DNA from: a virus
Lineage: Duplodnaviria; Heunggongvirae; Uroviricota; Caudoviricetes
DNA: 10,451 nucleotides
Virus record (IMG/VR): IMGVR_UViG_2562617113_000011
Coordinates: 1-10,451 of that record
Direction: 5' to 3' (one strand)
The first letter of the stretch is position 1. Each line of letters starts with the position of its first letter. The position numbers and the translations under genes were made by a program. Under the pieces are notes generated by a model. That model worked only from the letters and a program-made list of their open reading frames with translations. It was not told the origin of the DNA and made no database searches. Of this stretch, positions 6,573 to 10,451 are shown one piece after another.

Positions 6573-7025
6573 TTAATCCCCGTCCGTCGCTTTTCTTAAA
6601 ATAACCTCTGTCACGAAATCAGCATAATCGGCGGCAATATTCAGTACATCAAGTCCCGTTGATTTATATTCTTTCGTGGAAAGTAAGAAAAAATCCGCTC
6701 TAATAAGTTCTGGCATTGACGAAAGCGCATCAGCCGCATCACCAGGAACGCCGGAAAATTCCTGTTTCAGGGCATTAAAACGATCATCACGCATAACCCC
6801 CCCATTTTCACAATCAGTAATCAGGATGGCTTTAGCCTCATTCAGTGCCATATCAGCACTAAATTGCATAACAGCCAGTGAGTGAGGAACGAAAGCCCCG
6901 GCATATTCTGTTTCGCTGGTGGCGTGCTTATGTGCCCTGTCCGCGATAACAGAAATATCAATCAGCGCGTGCATCAGCGTTTTGATGGCTTCGGCGGCTG
7001 CGTCCTGACGGGTGTTATTGCACAT
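6573..7025 (-). CDS. Hypothetical protein (150 aa)
   Basis: Strong AGGAGG SD 6 nt before the ATG at 7025. The longer 300-aa ORF in the track is an R/P/S-rich upstream extension and was rejected. Start overlaps the stop of the upstream gene by 11 nt. Confidence 0.55.
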   Translation of the reverse strand: MCNNTRQDAAAEAIKTLMHALIDISVIADRAHKHATSETEYAGAFVPHSLAVMQFSADMALNEAKAILITDCENGGVMRDDRFNALKQEFSGVPGDAADALSSMPELIRADFFLLSTKEYKSTGLDVLNIAADYADFVTEVILRKATDGD

Positions 7026-7557
7026 GGCGCACCTCCTGACGAATACGGGCGGCGAATACAGCGACACAACCGGACGGGCAATGGTTACGCGCTTCGCGTT
7101 CCGTCCAGGCGGTGACGTGGATGATTTGGGATTCTGACGCGCCAAAGATGATAAAGCGCCAGATAAAGACAGTGTGAGAATGTATAAGGGTAGGGATAGT
7201 AGCCATGTTGGCAGCCTCCTTTGACAGTGAAGAATTTCCACCGCAGGAAACGCCAATTTCGCTGGCGGTGGACTGAACGGGGTTGGCGTAACCGGCGTCA
7301 AAGGGAACCGGCGCTTCCGAAGAAGCCCCCGCCCAGCCCACCATAACTTTGATGTGAGCGAATGCGGACGATAAAAAAGACGCTGGCGCGTCATATATCG
7401 CCTTTGACATTTCCAAGACGCCAATCCCGGCACCAGATTTTGCTGGTGCGGGTAAATCATAGCCCTGGCTGGCATTGGCGATCAACAGGTTTTTTACATC
7501 GGGTTTATTCAGGTTGTGCGAGTCCCGCCCTTGCGGGTGTGTGGTATGATTTAACAT
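7015..7557 (-). CDS. First gene of the replication operon: Ash-family-like N-terminal region fused in frame to an Icd-like (host cell division inhibitor-like) C-terminal region (180 aa)
   Basis: The N-terminal half carries motifs I associate with P4-like Ash proteins (AKSGAGIGV, MVGWAG, PVPFDAGYANPVQSTASEIGVS). The C-terminal 63 aa (FIWRF ... ESQIIHVTAWTEREARNHC ... AVFAARIRQEV) resembles Icd-like proteins and has its own AAGGAGG SD before an internal ATG at 7206. GAGGT SD before the ATG at 7557. Family assignment is from memory. Confidence 0.5.
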   Translation of the reverse strand: MLNHTTHPQGRDSHNLNKPDVKNLLIANASQGYDLPAPAKSGAGIGVLEMSKAIYDAPASFLSSAFAHIKVMVGWAGASSEAPVPFDAGYANPVQSTASEIGVSCGGNSSLSKEAANMATIPTLIHSHTVFIWRFIIFGASESQIIHVTAWTEREARNHCPSGCVAVFAARIRQEVRHVQ

Positions 7558-7649
7558 AGCTACCTCGATACTTCTGCTATCGTTGGTGGTTAGAAGCCCT
7601 GCGAGTGGTAACGACACTTGCGGGGCTTTGCATTTATGCGCCTTGATAA

Positions 7650-7730
7650 TTTTAAGGTGTGGCCCACTATATGTTTTAGGTGTGGCCCACGTCAAGAGTT
7701 TTATTTGTGCTTTTTCTGTGTATACTGTCC
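7650..7730. promoter_or_regulatory. Divergent promoter/operator region: two 13-bp direct repeats AGGTGTGGCCCAC (7655-7667, 7678-7690) overlapping candidate sigma70 promoters on both strands
   Basis: Minus strand: -35 TTGACG (plus 7690-7695), 18-bp spacer, -10 TATAGT (plus 7666-7671), so both repeats fall in the -35/spacer/-10 region. Plus strand: -10 TATACT (7721-7726) with upstream TGTG, 30 nt before the RHH-like gene. Each repeat contains the dyad GTGG-C-CCAC. Confidence 0.55.
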
Positions 7731-7756
7731 CCCACCAATCCACCAGAGGAATAGAA

Positions 7757-7936
7757 ATGGCAACGGGTACAACAAACGCAAAATCACAAGCTCTAAAGGC
7801 TCGTGTACCACACGAAATAGTAAACGCCATGGAATCAGTGAAAGAATCAGGCGAAAGCACATCACAATTCATCATTACGTCAATGCAAGGCGAGATCAAA
7901 CGCCGCCAGCGGCGCAAGGCCAAAGAGCAGGAGTAA
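7757..7936 (+). CDS. Small DNA-binding-like protein, possibly ribbon-helix-helix (59 aa); candidate repressor acting at the adjacent repeats
   Basis: GAGGAA SD 6 nt before the ATG; the N-terminal segment KSQALKARVPHEIVNAMESV resembles an Arc/CopG-type strand-helix; basic C-terminal tail. Fold is inferred, not computed. Confidence 0.55.
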   Translation: MATGTTNAKSQALKARVPHEIVNAMESVKESGESTSQFIITSMQGEIKRRQRRKAKEQE

Positions 7937-7993
7937 CCATCACCAGCGCTGTGGTGCGGTGAACTGTGGCGCACTGGGTTACAGGTATCTACG

Positions 7994-8191
7994 ATGACTG
8001 ACAAATCATTAAAGAAATTATCCTCATCCAGGAAAAAACAACGCAAAAATGCGGTAAGCGAACAAGAACAGGAGAGATTTGCGCCATGTGCGTTTGCCCT
8101 TGAGAAGTTCTTAAAAGAGTACAGGCGCACAAAAATGGGGTCGCATACCTGGAAAACATCGCGGCATGGCAATGTTAAAGAGCAGGAATAG
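7994..8191 (+). CDS. Hypothetical highly basic small protein (65 aa); coding status uncertain
   Basis: ORF following the RHH-like gene in the same orientation with a weak SD (AGGT, 7-nt spacing); K/R-rich, no motif recognised. A plus-strand terminator follows at 8295-8322. Confidence 0.35.
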   Translation: MTDKSLKKLSSSRKKQRKNAVSEQEQERFAPCAFALEKFLKEYRRTKMGSHTWKTSRHGNVKEQE

Positions 8192-8294
8192 CCCACCAGC
8201 AAGCCAGCACACTGATCACATTGCCCACCAGCCGCAAATGTGGCATTGTTGGCAATGCTCATGCGTTGGGGATAACGTGTAGCTTGTGTCGAAG

Positions 8295-8322
8295 GGCCAC
8301 CGTAGCGGGTGGCCTTTGTTTT
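8295..8322 (+). terminator. Intrinsic terminator for the small plus-strand operon (stem GGCCACC/GGTGGCC, then TTTGTTTT)
   Basis: 7-bp GC stem with a 6-nt loop followed by a T-rich tract on the plus strand only. Confidence 0.55.
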
Positions 8323-8360
8323 GCCTGTTATCCGGCAATTGTGGCGCTTCGCTACACGGT

Positions 8361-8446
8361 TGATATAATCCCACTGCACTGATTCATTTTTTGCGCAGTA
8401 GGTTAATTGTTCGCAAGGGCGCTCCGGCAACGGGGCGCTTTTTGTT
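8361..8446 (+). ncRNA. Candidate small RNA unit: extended -10 promoter (TGaTATAAT, 8361-8369) followed about 50 nt later by a strong intrinsic terminator (8419-8446)
   Basis: Perfect TATAAT preceded by TGn; hairpin GCGCUCCG-GCAA-CGGGGCGC (GNRA-type loop) followed by TTTTTGTT; no ATG-initiated ORF between them. Lies on the opposite strand just past the 3' end of alpA. Confidence 0.3.
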
Positions 8447-8473
8447 ATGTTCATCGCGTTACGCCTCACACCA

Positions 8474-8680
8474 TTACGCAGCCGTTCCGCGCGCTTCTTC
8501 CTCGCGCTCTTTCAGCCAGGCCAGCACTTCATCTTCATACCAGCCAACACGACGCAGACCGATTTTGAAGCCTTTCGGGAATTTTCCTGCGTTGATCATG
8601 TCCTGTAGCGAACTGTCTGCCTTGATGCGCAGAATATTTTTTACTTCCTGACGGGTAAGTATTTTTCTGATTGTTTCCAC
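8474..8680 (-). CDS. alpA: AlpA/Vis-family phage transcriptional regulator / excisionase-like protein (68 aa)
   Basis: HTH pattern LRIKADSSLQDMINAGKFPKGFKIGLRRVGWYEDEVLAWL typical of AlpA; GTG start at 8680 with GAGGT SD 8 nt upstream; position next to the integrase. Confidence 0.8.
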   Translation of the reverse strand: METIRKILTRQEVKNILRIKADSSLQDMINAGKFPKGFKIGLRRVGWYEDEVLAWLKEREEEARGTAA

Positions 8681-8813
8681 TATGTTTTACCTCGTTAATC
8701 CGGCGTATTCCGGTGATAAATACGGTAAAACAGGGCTGGGCGGGAAAAACAGTACCCACCGTTTTAAAACGGTATCCACTGTTTTTTATCTCATTGATTA
8801 CGCTTTTCTTTCT

Positions 8814-8846
8814 GCAAAAAAATAGCGACCGCAAAGGGCCGCTATT
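8814..8846 (-). terminator. Intrinsic terminator after the integrase-proximal small gene (10-bp stem with one mismatch, then a U6-8 tract on the minus strand)
   Basis: Inverted repeat AATAGCGACC/GGCCGCTATT (8821-8846) followed on the minus strand by an A-run on the plus strand (8815-8820), i.e. U-tract. Confidence 0.55.
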
Positions 8847-8850
8847 GTGA

Positions 8851-9093
8851 TTACCGTTTCCACTTCTTAGGTCGCCCACCGCATTTAAGGCTGGTGGGCC
8901 TCAGCACCTTGTCGATGCTTTCAGCCAGATTTTTCGATGCACCACGCGAGCGCAAAAAACTGACTACCTCGTGTTTTGTGGGGGCTGTTGATTTGTCTTC
9001 CGGATCGTATGTTGACCAGAATTCACGATTTGCCATTAACGCCAGTTGCAGCCCTTCGCCGCAAGCAGGGGATACCTTTTCATTGAAAAACAC
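8851..9093 (-). CDS. Hypothetical protein downstream of the integrase (80 aa), basic C-terminus GGRPKKWKR
   Basis: GTG start at 9093 with AAGGAG SD 8 nt upstream; followed by an intrinsic terminator. No family recognised. Confidence 0.45.
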   Translation of the reverse strand: MFFNEKVSPACGEGLQLALMANREFWSTYDPEDKSTAPTKHEVVSFLRSRGASKNLAESIDKVLRPTSLKCGGRPKKWKR

Positions 9094-9209
9094 CTGGATA
9101 GCTCCTTGAATTTCATGATTTGGGTGACTCCTCTCTGTATTGGGTGGGTTGTGGCGATTATACGATGGTTTAGCATGGTTTGCATCGCTTTTACTGGTTT
9201 TTTGTACAG

Positions 9210-10451
9210 TTACACGGCACGGATACCCCTTTTACCACTGGCTATGGTCACTCCGGTAGCTGCGGCCTCTACAAATTCCCCCCACCAGCGCATAAGCACC
9301 ACGCGCTTTTCCAGGTAGTTACTTCGGTTATATGCTCGCCTTACCTCGTTCGTGTCCACGTGTGCGAGTGCGGCCTCGATTACGTCCGGCTCGAATCCTT
9401 CCTCGTTCGCTGCTGTACTGAATATGGCGCGTAATCCGTGAGACACCAGCACACCAGCGTATCCCATCCGGCGCAATGCAGCGTTAGCGGTCTGGCTGTT
9501 CATTGGCAGCATTGGATTTTTAAGGCTGGGAAAAACATGTTCCCTGTGTGCGCTGATTGGCTTCATTGTTTCCAGTACAGCCATCGCCTGACCGCAAAGA
9601 GGGATCACATGGTCACGGCGCATCTTCATGCGTCCGGCTGGAATCGTCCATGTTTCGGCATCGAGATCTATTTCTTCCCAGCGTGCGGCGGCTGCTTCGG
9701 CTGGGCGTGCTACGGTCAGCAGTTGCCACTCGATTAGCAATCTGGTTTGCCGTTCTATGCTGGCGACCGATAAATCGTGCATTAGCTGCGGTAGCTGTTC
9801 CGGTCGGATGGTTGGCATATGCTTTTTAGTGGGGGAAGGGAATGCCTTGCGGACGTTCGCGGCGGTGTTGATGTCAATCAGCCCACTGTTGGCAGCAAAA
9901 TCCATCACTTCATTGATGCGTTGTAAAACGCGTTTCAGAGTTTCCAGGTTGCCGCGTGCTTTAATGGGTGTGAGTATCTCAACAAAGCGGCGAGCGGTGA
10001 GGGTATCTATTGGCGTGTTTCCGATGTACGGGAATACGTATTTTTCCAGGGATCGCCAGATATCCTTAATCGTGTTGTAAGCCAGATTCTGGCCTTTTTT
10101 CATCTCGTACCAGTCCAAGGCAACTTTTTCGAACGTGTTGCCCTTTTTCCTGCTCTCTGCTTCACGTTTCCGGCGTTCGTAGTCCTGTGGGTCAGTTCCC
10201 TTTGCTATGAGTGACCTGTATTCATTCCGTCGCTCTCTGGCATCAGACAGGGAAACATCATTTAGCGATCCAAGGCTGATAATAGTCCGTTTTTTATCTG
10301 CCGGGCGGTAGTACGTAAAACGCCAGATTTTTGATCCGGAGGGCTTCACCAGAAGAAATAATCCTCCGCCATCCTGCAGGGTATATTCCTTTTCCCCTGG
10401 TCGTGCGTTTTTGATCTCCGTAATAGTTAGTGGGGTGGTTTTTCGTGCCAT
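9210..10451 (-). CDS. int: P4-type tyrosine integrase (site-specific recombinase, 413 aa)
   Basis: N-terminus MARKTTPLTITEIKNARPGEKEYTLQDGGGLFLLVKPSGSKIWRFTYY is typical of P4/CP4-57-type integrases; C-terminal catalytic region with HGLR and the RRAYNRSNY tyrosine motif. The start codon is the last 3 nt of the window. Confidence 0.9.
   Translation of the reverse strand: MARKTTPLTITEIKNARPGEKEYTLQDGGGLFLLVKPSGSKIWRFTYYRPADKKRTIISLGSLNDVSLSDARERRNEYRSLIAKGTDPQDYERRKREAESRKKGNTFEKVALDWYEMKKGQNLAYNTIKDIWRSLEKYVFPYIGNTPIDTLTARRFVEILTPIKARGNLETLKRVLQRINEVMDFAANSGLIDINTAANVRKAFPSPTKKHMPTIRPEQLPQLMHDLSVASIERQTRLLIEWQLLTVARPAEAAAARWEEIDLDAETWTIPAGRMKMRRDHVIPLCGQAMAVLETMKPISAHREHVFPSLKNPMLPMNSQTANAALRRMGYAGVLVSHGLRAIFSTAANEEGFEPDVIEAALAHVDTNEVRRAYNRSNYLEKRVVLMRWWGEFVEAAATGVTIASGKRGIRAV

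Larger units (their letters stand above)
1..10451. mobile_element. Integrative phage-satellite-like island (P4-like integration/replication backbone plus lambda-like cos/TerS/capsid module); neither boundary is inside the window
   Basis: Co-linear integrase, AlpA regulator, P4-family primase with iteron origin, SSB, capsid E/D homologs, cos and Nu1-like TerS; tight operons; no tail, lysis, portal or large terminase genes. The integrase start codon sits exactly at the right window edge, so the attachment site must lie beyond 10451. Confidence 0.6.

Noticed and set aside
6573-7475. 300-aa minus-strand ORF
   Set aside because: The N-terminal 150 aa are an R/P/S-rich low-complexity read-through overlapping the real upstream gene in another frame; the credible start is the ATG at 7025 with an AGGAGG SD.
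7015-8469. 484-aa minus-strand ORF in the six-frame track
   Set aside because: Only the downstream 180 codons (start 7557 with SD) look like a gene. The upstream part is Cys/Ser/Arg-rich, runs antisense through the divergent promoter and the plus-strand small genes, and has no start context; it is a chance open frame in GC-rich DNA.
8391-8651. 86-aa plus-strand ORF overlapping alpA
   Set aside because: It starts at a non-ATG codon in the track, is antisense to the well-supported AlpA gene, and is Ser/Arg-rich. The plus-strand signal here is better explained by a short noncoding unit ending at the 8446 terminator.
9438-10080. Plus-strand ORFs of 99, 90 and 150 aa, plus 9046-9434
   Set aside because: Antisense to the integrase gene; no start context or recognisable domains.
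1-10451. Interpretation as a fragment of an ordinary lambdoid prophage
   Set aside because: The integrase is P4-type and the replication gene is a P4-family primase/helicase with an iteron origin. The head genes are out of lambda order and are not accompanied by W, B, C, Nu3, FI or FII, and the whole module fits within about 3 kb beside the replication genes, which is characteristic of satellites.

Overview
This window reads as most of a compact integrative phage-satellite-like island from an enterobacterial genome, with nearly all genes on the minus strand. The right half is a P4-like backbone: a P4-type tyrosine integrase (9210-10451), an AlpA/Vis-family regulator (8474-8680), a divergent promoter region with repeated operator-like sites and a small ribbon-helix-helix-like gene, a tightly coupled five-gene replication operon (7557 down to 4282) ending in a P4-family primase/helicase, an iteron-type origin (4041-4268) and an SSB. 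The left half is a partial lambda-like head and packaging module: an E-like major capsid protein, a D-like decoration protein, an AlpA-like HTH protein, a lambda-like cos site and a Nu1-like small terminase. No portal, large terminase, protease/scaffold, tail or lysis genes are in the window. The main hypothesis is a satellite that parasitises lambdoid cos helper phages by supplying its own capsid shell proteins and packaging specificity. All homology calls rest on reading the translations against remembered lambda and P4 proteins and motifs; no search was run. No tRNA, rRNA, CRISPR array or IS element was recognised.
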